Shown here one piece after another: positions 9,952-18,089 of a stretch of 64,000 nt of DNA. The DNA lies in NCBI GenBank assembly GCA_028864975.1, contig JAGWLG010000001.1, positions 64,001 to 128,000 of the forward strand. The letters are read 5' to 3'. The DNA is from Thermoplasmata archaeon. Its GTDB lineage: Archaea; Thermoplasmatota; Thermoplasmata; Lutacidiplasmatales; UBA184. The notes beneath the pieces were generated by a model. That model ran no database searches. It was given only the letters and a program-made list of their open reading frames with translations, and was not told the origin of the DNA. The stretch's first letter is position 1; each line of letters begins with the position of its first letter. The translations under genes were made by a program, and so were the position numbers.

Positions 9952-10002
9952 CGCGTGGCCGATACGTCCCCGCGCAAAAGGATGTGCGCGGAGCGGAGGT
10001 CC

Positions 10003-10920
10003 CTACGCGCTGGGGGAACCCTCTCCCGGCCGGCGGCCCCTCCGCTTCCCGTGCGCGCCCGGCAGCTGCACCCCCAGGCGCAGTGCGGTCGACTTGAGCG
10101 CGTCGGACATCGAGAGCGTTCCCTCGAGCACGGCGGTCGCCTTCTCGCGGGGGATGGTGAAGAGCCCGCCGCTCATCTCTCGGCTGATCCGCTGGACATT
10201 GGCGATCTCCCCGGGGGTGATCTTGAGGTCCTCTTCCTCACGGACGGGCGACCCTGGTGTGGCGGCGATCGCCTTCGCGGCCAGGATGTCGTTCTGACGT
10301 CTTCCGGGGAGCGTGGTCCGCTCCTCGTTCGCGAGCTCGACCGGGGCCCCCAAAGGGAGCAGGGCGTTCACGATGCGCGAGCGACGGAGCTGGTCCCCGC
10401 TGCCGACGCGGAAGATCAGCTGCGACCGCGGGAAGCCGCGGGAGAGCTTTCGCCCGAGCGCGGCCACGGCCTCCGGGCTCTCGACGACCCCTTCGGCGAG
10501 GCAGGTCCCGCTCGGGCCCAGGACCGCGTACCCCGGACGCGGGCCAGGGTCAATCCCGACGACGAGGTCGCGGGGCGTCATCTCAAGGTCCATCGCCTCA
10601 CGCAGCGCGACGCCGAGCGCGCTCAGGTCTCCGGCCTGAGCGACGATCACGCGGGGAAAGTTCACCTTCTCCGCCTCTTCGCTCGAGGTCACGACGACCG
10701 AGACCCGGGCCGGGATCCTCTGTCCAGGGAGGAGGCTCACCGTGGGGATCTTCCTTTCACGAAGGTAGGACGCGACCTCTCCATAGAGGACGGGGTCGCG
10801 GGTGACCAACCCCACCCATCGCTCGCGCAACAGGGGCAAGAGGGGAGGGGAGAATTTGGGGCTTCCGTTCACCTGGCACCGGTTCCCGGCCGGGCCGCGG
10901 GGAGCTCTTGGAAGCGTCAT
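10003..10920 (-). CDS. Conserved archaeal hypothetical protein with RNase H-like (YqgF/RuvC-type) motif; start ATG 10920 or GTG 10872
   Basis: VVGIDPGPRPGYAVL strand-1/2 motif; the upstream part of track ORF 10003-11208 is antisense to another gene and likely spurious. Confidence 0.7.
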   Translation of the reverse strand: MTLPRAPRGPAGNRCQVNGSPKFSPPLLPLLRERWVGLVTRDPVLYGEVASYLRERKIPTVSLLPGQRIPARVSVVVTSSEEAEKVNFPRVIVAQAGDLSALGVALREAMDLEMTPRDLVVGIDPGPRPGYAVLGPSGTCLAEGVVESPEAVAALGRKLSRGFPRSQLIFRVGSGDQLRRSRIVNALLPLGAPVELANEERTTLPGRRQNDILAAKAIAATPGSPVREEEDLKITPGEIANVQRISREMSGGLFTIPREKATAVLEGTLSMSDALKSTALRLGVQLPGAHGKRRGRRPGEGSPSA

Positions 10921-10944
10921 GTGGGCGTCCCCCCTCCAGGGGCG

Positions 10945-11448
10945 ATGCCTCCGGTCTGCATCCACTGCGGGACGCCTCTGGAGGAGGGGGCGTTCTTCTG
11001 CCCGAAGTGCCTCCGCACCCAGGTCGCGATCCCGACGAACCCCGGCCTCCCTTTGGCCCCTGCCCCCTACGGGGGGACCCCCTCGGCCGCTCTCCCCCCG
11101 CCCACCTCGCCTCCGCCACCCATCCGGTACCTGACGGCACCGCCGCCTCCTCCCGGCACACCTCTTCCATCCGCCGCGGCGTGGGTCGCCGCGCCCTTTC
11201 CCCCGCATCCGCCCCCCCCTCCCGCACCGACACCCCCTGCCGAGGGTCTACCGGTGCCCCCCGGGACCGTGGGCCCCGCGCGAAGGTGCCCCACGTGCAA
11301 CAGTGTTATCTCGGCGGTCTCGGTCGCATGCCCCGTATGCGCGACCACCCTCCCGCCCGAGGGTCCGGCCGCCCCCCTCCCCTCGGCGCCTCCGCCCCCT
11401 CGCGCGACCGGCGACGCAGCGGCCGCCGGGGGCTCCGCACCTCGGTGA
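10945..11448 (+). CDS. Double zinc-ribbon, Pro-rich protein
   Basis: ATG 10945, in frame with track ORF 9814-11448: CIHC..CPKC, poly-Pro linker, CPTC..CPVC; stop overlaps the rnp4 start (TGATG). Confidence 0.65.
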   Translation: MPPVCIHCGTPLEEGAFFCPKCLRTQVAIPTNPGLPLAPAPYGGTPSAALPPPTSPPPPIRYLTAPPPPPGTPLPSAAAWVAAPFPPHPPPPPAPTPPAEGLPVPPGTVGPARRCPTCNSVISAVSVACPVCATTLPPEGPAAPLPSAPPPPRATGDAAAAGGSAPR

Positions 11449-11852
11449 TGGTCGCGGTCGCTCGAGAGCGTATCGAGATCCTGTTCCGCCAGGCCGAGTC
11501 CGCGAGCCGGGAGGGTGCGCTCGAGATCGCCGACCGGGATGTCCGTCTCGCCCGTCGGATCGGCACGCGCTACAACCTGCGGCTCCCTTCGGAGCTGCGC
11601 GCGCGATTCTGTCGTCGTTGCTTCCACTATCTGCAGGAGGGGGTCACGTCGCGGACCCGTCTGCGTCAGGGTCGTCGGGTCGTGACCTGCCTGTCGTGCG
11701 GACGTTCGTACCAGCGGCCCTACCGCGCCAAGCGCTCGCGTGCCACCTCGAGCCCCCCTCTGCCAGGTCCCTTGACCGAGCCCATCGCGGTCCCCGTGGA
11801 CGAGCTCGGGGAGGGTGAAGGCGAAGAGGGGGAGGAGCTCGACGAGGCATGA
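11448..11852 (+). CDS. rnp4: Ribonuclease P protein component 4 (Rpp21)
   Basis: ARERIEILF, RLARRIGTRYNLRLP, FCRRC..TCLSCG. Confidence 0.9.
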   Translation: MVAVARERIEILFRQAESASREGALEIADRDVRLARRIGTRYNLRLPSELRARFCRRCFHYLQEGVTSRTRLRQGRRVVTCLSCGRSYQRPYRAKRSRATSSPPLPGPLTEPIAVPVDELGEGEGEEGEELDEA

Positions 11853-11911
11853 AGGGCGTCGGGCAACCCCGCGATGCCCAGAAATAGGACGGGTCGGTCC
11901 CGCCCGCTCGA

Positions 11912-11996
11912 GCTGGCGTAGCAAAGTTTGGCCAAATGCGACGGACTCAAGATCCGTTCTCGCAGGAGTTCCCAGGTTCAAATCCTGGCGCCAGCA
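11912..11996 (+). tRNA. tRNA-Leu (CAA)
   Basis: Acceptor stem GCTGGCG/CGCCAGC+A, anticodon arm ACGGA-CTCAAGA-TCCGT, long variable arm, T-loop GGTTCAAATCC. Confidence 0.97.
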
Positions 11997-12157
11997 TCGT
12001 CTATCAGCTCCGATCCTATGCATCTGTCACCTCGAACAGGGGGAGAGGGGAGAGGCCCTCCGAAACCCCCCTCCAGCTCGTTCTTCGGGCCGGAGCGACG
12101 GAGGTCCCGCCCCCTCCTCCCTGGGCAGACGGTCCGAGGGCGAGTTCGATGGGTCCT

Positions 12158-12757
12158 TCACGGAGGCGCGGGCGCCTTGCGTTTGAGCTCGCGGAAGGCC
12201 ATGCGCATGTCCTCGAGACCTGGAGGTAGAGCTTGGTCGGCTCGAGTCGATGTGCCCTCTGGTTCGGAACGCGGCGCGGGGATCCCCGCCGACTCGAAGA
12301 TCTCCGCCATCTCTCCCACTTCGTCGGAGGACAAGTCGGCCCGTCGCAAGTGGTCCGGGACCTGCCCGGATCCCCCATCAAGGGTGAGCTGCCTAGGAGA
12401 CCGCCTGGAGCGTGAGAGCGGCAGGAGGGTGGAGGAGGGCTCCCGCATGCTCGATGCTGCGCTGGCCATGATCTCACTGCGTGGGTCGGGCCTGAGGCCC
12501 GGAGCCGGGCTCCTCGTGACGACCGCAGGGGTGGGGCCCAAGAGGTAGACGCGGACCAAGTTCCCCCGGCTCGGGTCGTACTGCTTGGTCGAAGGGACCT
12601 TGAGCGAGGCCAAGCCCCGTCCGAGTTTTCCCGAGGGCCTGCCGGCCGAGGTCTCGAACCCACTTCGACTCCCGGAGGGCATCGCGGCAAGGAGGTCCTC
12701 GCCGCCGACCTCCGTGCGACTTTCTCTCAACCGGGCGTCGATGGCGGCGCGAACCAC
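12158..12757 (-). CDS. Hypothetical protein or remnant, possibly a fragment from a mobile element
   Basis: Open frame immediately downstream of tRNA-Leu; segment GKLGRGLASLKVPSTKQYDPSRGNLVRVYLL loosely resembles a wHTH; weak. Confidence 0.3.
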   Translation of the reverse strand: MVRAAIDARLRESRTEVGGEDLLAAMPSGSRSGFETSAGRPSGKLGRGLASLKVPSTKQYDPSRGNLVRVYLLGPTPAVVTRSPAPGLRPDPRSEIMASAASSMREPSSTLLPLSRSRRSPRQLTLDGGSGQVPDHLRRADLSSDEVGEMAEIFESAGIPAPRSEPEGTSTRADQALPPGLEDMRMAFRELKRKAPAPP

Positions 12758-12959
12758 TTCTGACCCGCTGAGGCCGGTCGGCGCTGACGAAGCATGAACC
12801 CCGTCCCCGATGCGGGGCGAGGCTCCGCCATCGGCGGGCCTGGGGGGAGCTGCACGCGCATCCGCCTGGTTTGACGAACCCCCCTGCTGAGGTTCGTCCG
12901 ATCATGCTGGGGTCCCGAAGCCCGGGGGGGTTCACCCTTCATATACGCCCGAGGCATTC

Positions 12960-13361
12960 ATGACTATTGAAGCAAGGAATGGGACTATGGAGCTCGAGAA
13001 GGAACCCCTCGGATACCTCTTGAGGAGCGAGCCAGCCCTCGCCATTCTTGAAGCCATCCAGGACGGTCGCCCGCGCCCGCCCGTCGAGGTGCGCCGAGGC
13101 TTGGACTTGCATCCCCAGACCTTCAAGGAGGCCGTGGATCACCTGAACGACTTCGCGCTCCTCTCCCTCATGGTCCCGCCGGGGTCGAGGGCCCGGAGGA
13201 CGGCCCGGGGGATCGCCGTTCCGCTCGTAATCCGCATCACCGCGGAAGGGCAGGAGCTCCTGGAACTGGCCGAGGGGGTCCGGAAGTTCATCCGAGAGGA
13301 GGCCCACCGCAGAGAGCTGCACCTTCCGGCAGCCACGATCATTCGGTGGCTGCCGGCATGA
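12960..13361 (+). CDS. Winged helix-turn-helix protein (MarR/HxlR-like); alternative start 12987
   Basis: LLRSEPALAILEAI..RPPVEVRRGLDLHPQTFKEAVDHL..IRITAEGQELLEL. Confidence 0.7.
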   Translation: MTIEARNGTMELEKEPLGYLLRSEPALAILEAIQDGRPRPPVEVRRGLDLHPQTFKEAVDHLNDFALLSLMVPPGSRARRTARGIAVPLVIRITAEGQELLELAEGVRKFIREEAHRRELHLPAATIIRWLPA

Positions 13362-13987
13362 TCTCTCCCCCCGTCATCCTGGTCATCGGACCTTCTTGGT
13401 GGGCGAAGGGCTTCGACCCGCACCTACCGAAGGAGATCGACGAGGGGCTCCCGAAGTGGTGGACCCGGCGGGGTAAGGAGTTCCCCGCGCCGGTGGACGT
13501 GCGAGCCTATCTCGCGGACGTCCTCCGCCAAGAGCACCGCCCCGCGACGCTGATGGAGGCCGAGGGCCCCCGGAGGACCGAGGAGATGGAAACGAAGTTC
13601 TTCGTCGAGCTCATCGAGAAGCTCCCCGCCGCAGGGTTCGTCGCCTTCTGGCCGAAGGGGGCCAGCCCCGCCGGGCTCCTCTGGGAGCTCCCTCTCATCG
13701 TGGAGCGCGCAGGGAAGCCGCCCGTCTCCTCCGAGACGGTCCATCTCTTCCCTCAGGAGGGGGTCGGCAACTGGAACCCGGACTCCGGCTTCTTCGAGTT
13801 CCACGACAGGGCCTATCGGACGACCTACCACAAGGACATCACGCGCGCGGGATTCCAGATCTGGAAGTGGAGCGACTACCCTGGTCTCATCGAGAAGGTT
13901 CGGCGCGTCGCCCGCTCTCACCCGCCGAAGGTCAAGTCATCGAAGACCGGGAGCTCCGTCGTTCGTCCCCGACAAGTCGAGCGATGA
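13358..13987 (+). CDS. Hypothetical alpha/beta protein, putative nucleoside deoxyribosyltransferase-like/TIR-like fold
   Basis: ATGA overlap with the wHTH gene; pattern VILVIGP..RAYLADVLR..FVAFW..SPAGLLWEL..VHLFPQEG. Confidence 0.6.
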   Translation: MISPPVILVIGPSWWAKGFDPHLPKEIDEGLPKWWTRRGKEFPAPVDVRAYLADVLRQEHRPATLMEAEGPRRTEEMETKFFVELIEKLPAAGFVAFWPKGASPAGLLWELPLIVERAGKPPVSSETVHLFPQEGVGNWNPDSGFFEFHDRAYRTTYHKDITRAGFQIWKWSDYPGLIEKVRRVARSHPPKVKSSKTGSSVVRPRQVER

Positions 13988-13990
13988 ACG

Positions 13991-16550
13991 ATGCGATCTC
14001 GCACCCGTCAGCCCAACGCCACACGCCCAGCGACGACGTGCGCCGCCAAAGACAGCAAGACCAATAGGTGAAAGACCGACAGTGGAAGAAACCGAGAGAC
14101 ACGTAGCGAGGACCAAGGCCGAGCCGGCAACGGCTCGATTGAAGCAGGTCGACAATGGGGAAAGTCGGGCCTTCGGGCTCGGGGACCCCTACGCGAAGCC
14201 GCAGGCCCAATCGCAAGAAAACCCCCGTGGCAGTCGCCACAAGAATGTCGTCACTGGGCCCCTCCGAAAGGAGAGGCATGGGCGCGCCGAGCCTCTGTCG
14301 TCGAGGCGAAGGCAGCACCTTGGGCCGGAACTCGGGAATGAGGTCCAGGGGCGCCCCGGCGTTGCGGGGTGGGCATGTGGTGAAGGTCGGCTGGAAGAAG
14401 GCGGGAGATCCCGCGAGGCTTCGGGACGGGAGGCAAGGTCCACAGGTCCCGTGACCCGGAGCAGGACGGCCATAAGGGTAGGACCCGAAAGGTCGCCCGG
14501 TGCCTCGCGGGAAGTCGGAGAGGTCCGTAGTATCGGTGCGCCGCCTGTAATGGACGGGAAGGAGAAGGGACCTCACTTCGGTGCCGCGCCTGGAGGAGAA
14601 CGAGACCGCCCAAGTGACCGAGAGGTCTAGGACATGGGCAACAGTAAGGTCGGCGAGCTCCAAGAGGCGCTCTACCGAGCGGCAAAGGCGGACGTGGACC
14701 GAAGGTTCCACGCCCTACACGACAAACTCTGGCGTCCCGACGTTCTGCAGGAGGCCTGGGCGAAGGTCCGGGCCAACGGCGGAGCGGCGGGCGTCGACGG
14801 CAAGACCATCAGGGAAGTCGAAGACGAAAGTGTGCCCCGATTCTTGGAGGGGCTGGCGCGCGAACTCAAGGACCCGACGTATCGCCCGAGTCCACTGCGG
14901 CGGGTGTGGATACCAAAGCCCAACGGCAAGAAGCGCGGGCTGGGGATTCCCACCGTCAAGGACCGGGTGGCCCAGGCGGCGGTGAAGCTCTTGCTGGAGC
15001 CCATTTTCGAGGCGGACTTTGAGCCGTTCTCGTTCGGGTTCCGACCGGGGCGGTCCGCCCACGATGCGGTCGCGGAGGTCGTGAAGTACCTCAACTTTGG
15101 CTGCGAGCACGTGGTGGACGCCGACATCTCGGGATGCTTTGACAACATCCCGAAGGACCGCCTGTTGAGAGCAGTAGCGAGACGAGTCTCGGACGGAGCC
15201 TTGCTGAAGTTGATTCGGCAGTGGCTGGACTGTGGTTTGGTGGAAGGCGAGAGCTTTCAGAACCCGGACCGGGGGACCCCGCAGGGTTCCCCCCTGTCTC
15301 CACTGTTGGCCAACATCTACCTCGACAGGCTCGACAAGGGGTGGAGACGATGTGGTCTGGCCGCGCGAGAACGCGCGAACGCCCATCTGGTGAGGTACGC
15401 GGACGACTTCGTCATCCTGGCGAAGCGCGACATACAGGGGGTGAAGGTGACCCTGGACTCGATCATCCGGGAACTGGGGCTGACCCTGAGCCCAGAAAAG
15501 ACGCGGATTGTGGAAGCTGAGGAGGGATTCGACTTCCTCGGCTTCCATTTTCTTCGTCGCTTCAGCCAGGAAAAGGACAAACGCGTAACCTGGTGGTTTC
15601 CCTCCACGAAGTCGAAGCGCAGAATCCGAGAGAGGTTACATGCGCTTACCGGCACCGAGTGTCTTGCTCGGGGGACGTTCAGTGGCATCGTAGAAGAGGT
15701 CGCAGGAACCCTTCGGGGATGGGGAGAGTACTTCCGGCGCAGCAACGCGAGCTCGGCCATCGACCAAATCTGGTGGTACGCTTTCGAGCGCTTGGCCTGG
15801 CTGTACCGGAGGCAACGACCGAGAGGGCGGGTAAAACGAAGGCAGGTCGCATGGGCGGAGAAACGGCTTCGAGCCGTACGCCCGACCGTGCAGGCCTACA
15901 ACCTCCCGAGGCCCGCATGAACGCCGATAGCCGCAAGGTGAACACCGTCGGAGAGCGGAGTGCGGGAAATCCGCCTGCTCCGTTCGACGGGGGGGCAGTG
16001 GAGACGCAGCATGGGAGTCCCTCGGTCGCCGAGGACTCCCATGTCGGAGAACTACGCAACAACGCGAAGAACGCCGAGCGCGCCACTGCCCTACCCTACT
16101 GAACGCACGTCCGGCGACGAATCGTGGGTCGACCAAGAGGCCGACGAGGTCCAGGCCCTGCTCCGTGAGCACGGGCTCGACATGGAACTCTGTGTCTGGT
16201 ACGATCCGAGCACTGAGGTCATGCTCGGAATCGGTTTCGATGGAAGTCCAGCCAGATATTTCCGGTCTCTCGAGTCGGACACGGGAGCGAAGGGTCAGCC
16301 CGTCGCCGAGCCCGCGCTTGGCTGCCACCCGGGCGGCGGGAGCTCGACCTGCCCCCTCCGCTGGGTCCCCTCCCGCGGACCGGCGCAATCCATACCTCAC
16401 GCGCATCCAAGTAGGCGACGAGGAGTGCGTTCGACGTGGAGACCCCTGGGCAGGCCGTCTCGGGCTACCCGCGCCCGCTCGTTCCCCCGGAGGGATTTTT
16501 CCAGAAGGCCTTCGCTAGCGCCCCCGCGCCGGCCACCCCGTCCGACCTGA
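13991..16550 (+). CDS. Intron-interrupted hypothetical ORF, join(13991..14037,16100..16550), 165 aa after splicing
   Basis: ATG 13991 lies 3 nt after the upstream stop. Exon 1 ends in AC and exon 2 begins with T, giving an in-frame ACT: MRSRTRQPNATRPATT-ERTSGDESWVDQEADEVQALLREHGLDMELCVWYDP.. Confidence 0.45.
14254..14259 (+). other. Intron EBS2 (CTGGGC)
   Basis: Exact reverse complement of 5' exon 14025-14030 GCCCAG (IBS2). Confidence 0.85.
14297..14302 (+). other. Intron EBS1 (GTCGTC) in the loop of hairpin GCCTC/GAGGC
   Basis: Exact reverse complement of the last 6 exon nt 14032-14037 GACGAC (IBS1); displayed in stem-loop 14291-14307. Confidence 0.9.
14634..15920 (+). CDS. ltrA: Group II intron reverse transcriptase/maturase
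   Basis: RT0 AWAKVRANGGAAGVDG, RRVWIPKPNGKKRGLGIP, FGFRPGRS, DADISGCFD, GTPQGSPLSPLLANIYL, YADD, FDFLGF, thumb LRGWGEYF; 428 aa, no HNH domain. Confidence 0.97.
   Translation: MGNSKVGELQEALYRAAKADVDRRFHALHDKLWRPDVLQEAWAKVRANGGAAGVDGKTIREVEDESVPRFLEGLARELKDPTYRPSPLRRVWIPKPNGKKRGLGIPTVKDRVAQAAVKLLLEPIFEADFEPFSFGFRPGRSAHDAVAEVVKYLNFGCEHVVDADISGCFDNIPKDRLLRAVARRVSDGALLKLIRQWLDCGLVEGESFQNPDRGTPQGSPLSPLLANIYLDRLDKGWRRCGLAARERANAHLVRYADDFVILAKRDIQGVKVTLDSIIRELGLTLSPEKTRIVEAEEGFDFLGFHFLRRFSQEKDKRVTWWFPSTKSKRRIRERLHALTGTECLARGTFSGIVEEVAGTLRGWGEYFRRSNASSAIDQIWWYAFERLAWLYRRQRPRGRVKRRQVAWAEKRLRAVRPTVQAYNLPRPA
15953..16099 (+). ncRNA. Group II intron catalytic domain V and extended domain VI
   Basis: D5 GAGCGGAGTGCGGGAAATCCGCCTGCTCCGTTC with AGC triad; D6 stem 15989-16001 pairs with 16083-16096 leaving A16093 bulged; internal hairpin 16010-16043. 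Confidence 0.9.
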
Positions 16551-17269
16551 GAGCTCTCACTGCGCGCCTCGACCTCGGGGGATGCTCCAAGTTCTTCCTT
16601 GCGCAGCCGCGCGAGCTTGGCACGGCCCAGGACTCCCCTGTCTACTTCGTGCTGGACCTCCAGCGTCGCCGACGCCTGACGCTCGGGCGCGACCTGAATA
16701 GCGAGCAGAAGTTCGCGCGCGAGGCCGGCGCCCGCCCGGTCGCCAAGATCCGTTACGCGAACGGGATGCTTGTCGAGTACTTCGCTCGGGGCTACGTCCT
16801 CCACTCGGTCGGGCCAGGGGTGGACGACGCGATCGGCCTGGCCTTCACCTTCCTCGTCTCGTCCAACACGAAGTCGTACCACCCTACTCCTTGGGATTGT
16901 CTTTCCTTCGTCGACCACCAGGGCAGGACGTTCTTCTACGTCCCTGCCCGACCCGCGCTCGCTTCGGGCGACCCGGCGTCCACTTCGATCCGTGTCGATA
17001 TCCAACAATCCTACCTGACGGACGGTGCACCCCTCTTGCTCTGGGAGTACGACACTCGAACGAAGGATTGGCGTTTCCTTCGCCCCGACATGTCGATCGT
17101 GGCCGAATCCTCGGAGCTCCCGGACGATGGGGACCCGTCGATGAGGGTGGGTCGCGACCTGAAAATGGTCTCGAGCGACACACCGGCACTCCTCGTTCTC
17201 GCCCAGGCCCTCTTGATCCGTCAGCGCGTCGCGATGCTTCGCGGGGCGGGGACCGGCCCAGCCCGCTGA
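16436..17269 (+). CDS. Hypothetical protein, possibly LURP-one/tubby/scramblase-like fold
   Basis: Beta-rich body ending in a hydrophobic helix DTPALLVLAQALLI; GTG start. Confidence 0.55.
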   Translation: METPGQAVSGYPRPLVPPEGFFQKAFASAPAPATPSDLRALTARLDLGGCSKFFLAQPRELGTAQDSPVYFVLDLQRRRRLTLGRDLNSEQKFAREAGARPVAKIRYANGMLVEYFARGYVLHSVGPGVDDAIGLAFTFLVSSNTKSYHPTPWDCLSFVDHQGRTFFYVPARPALASGDPASTSIRVDIQQSYLTDGAPLLLWEYDTRTKDWRFLRPDMSIVAESSELPDDGDPSMRVGRDLKMVSSDTPALLVLAQALLIRQRVAMLRGAGTGPAR

Positions 17270-17382
17270 TGCTGTGTTGCCACCCTCAATCTCCCGAAGG
17301 GGATGCATGGTGACAATGCCAGGGGGACGCTGCATCCTCCCGGCCATGGCGCTGGCCGAGTTATCTGTAGCCCGCGTGTCAA

Positions 17383-17964
17383 GTGGACATGTCAGAAACG
17401 GCCTCGCCAGACCCGGCCTCGCTCCGAGCTGGCTCGAAGCCTCGGCGCTTCCGCCGAACCGACCACTTCGTGCTCGCATTGACGGGTTTCGCGCTGGGGC
17501 TCCTTGTCGGTCTCGCCCTGTACGGCTTTGCACCTCTCGAGCCGGGCACAGGTCCGACGAGGTCGAGCGTGGCTCCCAACCGCGGCACGGTCCTCGTGTC
17601 GCAGAACCTGACCAACTGGTCGTTTAGCACGGGCTCGGCGTGGTCCACCGTGAACTTCACAGCCCCCCCGTCCGGTTTCGCGTTCGACAACGTGAGCGTG
17701 TACTTTGTCATTCATGGCTGTGGGTTCCGGGGAGTGAGCTACTTCGCGCGGCTTCAGGCCCCGAGCCTCGGATCCCCTTGGGGTAATCCGGGCGGTGCGG
17801 TCGCCGAGGTCTATGGTACCGTCTGGGCTACGGGTGCCGGCCCCTGCTCCGGGTTCGGTTCGATCGACATCCCCACCGGCATGACGGAGCTTGTTTACGA
17901 CATCCTGAGCGTCGGGGCCGGCGCTTCGGCGTTGCCAACGACCGTCACCGTGACTGGCTATTGA
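17383..17964 (+). CDS. Membrane-anchored extracellular hypothetical glycoprotein
   Basis: N-terminal TM FVLALTGFALGLLVGLALYG; N-x-S/T sequons NLT, NWS, NFT, NVS; Ser/Thr/Gly-rich beta domain. Confidence 0.65.
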   Translation: MDMSETASPDPASLRAGSKPRRFRRTDHFVLALTGFALGLLVGLALYGFAPLEPGTGPTRSSVAPNRGTVLVSQNLTNWSFSTGSAWSTVNFTAPPSGFAFDNVSVYFVIHGCGFRGVSYFARLQAPSLGSPWGNPGGAVAEVYGTVWATGAGPCSGFGSIDIPTGMTELVYDILSVGAGASALPTTVTVTGY

Positions 17965-18089
17965 GGGGGCGCTTGGGCTGCACGTAGCCCACCGGCCGCG
18001 AGTCCGTCCTACCTCGCATCCCGCCAGCACCTCGTCCCCCGGCTGTTCCTCTTCCCTTCCCCGGGCCAACCGCGCCTCGTCAAGTCTAA

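Larger units (their letters stand above)
14038..16099 (+). mobile_element. Complete group II intron with EBS1 and EBS2 (not class C), encoding an RT/maturase without endonuclease domain
   Basis: 5' GTGCG at 14038; 3' CCCTAC ending at 16099; D5 at 15953-15985; D6 with bulged A16093; EBS1/IBS1 and EBS2/IBS2 perfectly complementary. Confidence 0.95.

Noticed and set aside
10908-11852. Apparent 314-aa N-terminally extended Rpp21
   Set aside because: The real Rpp21 starts at the TGATG overlap (11448); the upstream part is an off-frame reading of the zinc-ribbon gene
12873-12898. 8-bp hairpin GACGAACC/GGTTCGTC as an ncRNA or terminator
   Set aside because: Single short GC-rich stem with no U-tract or other support
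18022-18029. CGCCAGCA, matching the tRNA-Leu 3' end, as a possible attR
   Set aside because: Only 8 bp in GC-rich DNA and no integrase; not distinguishable from chance
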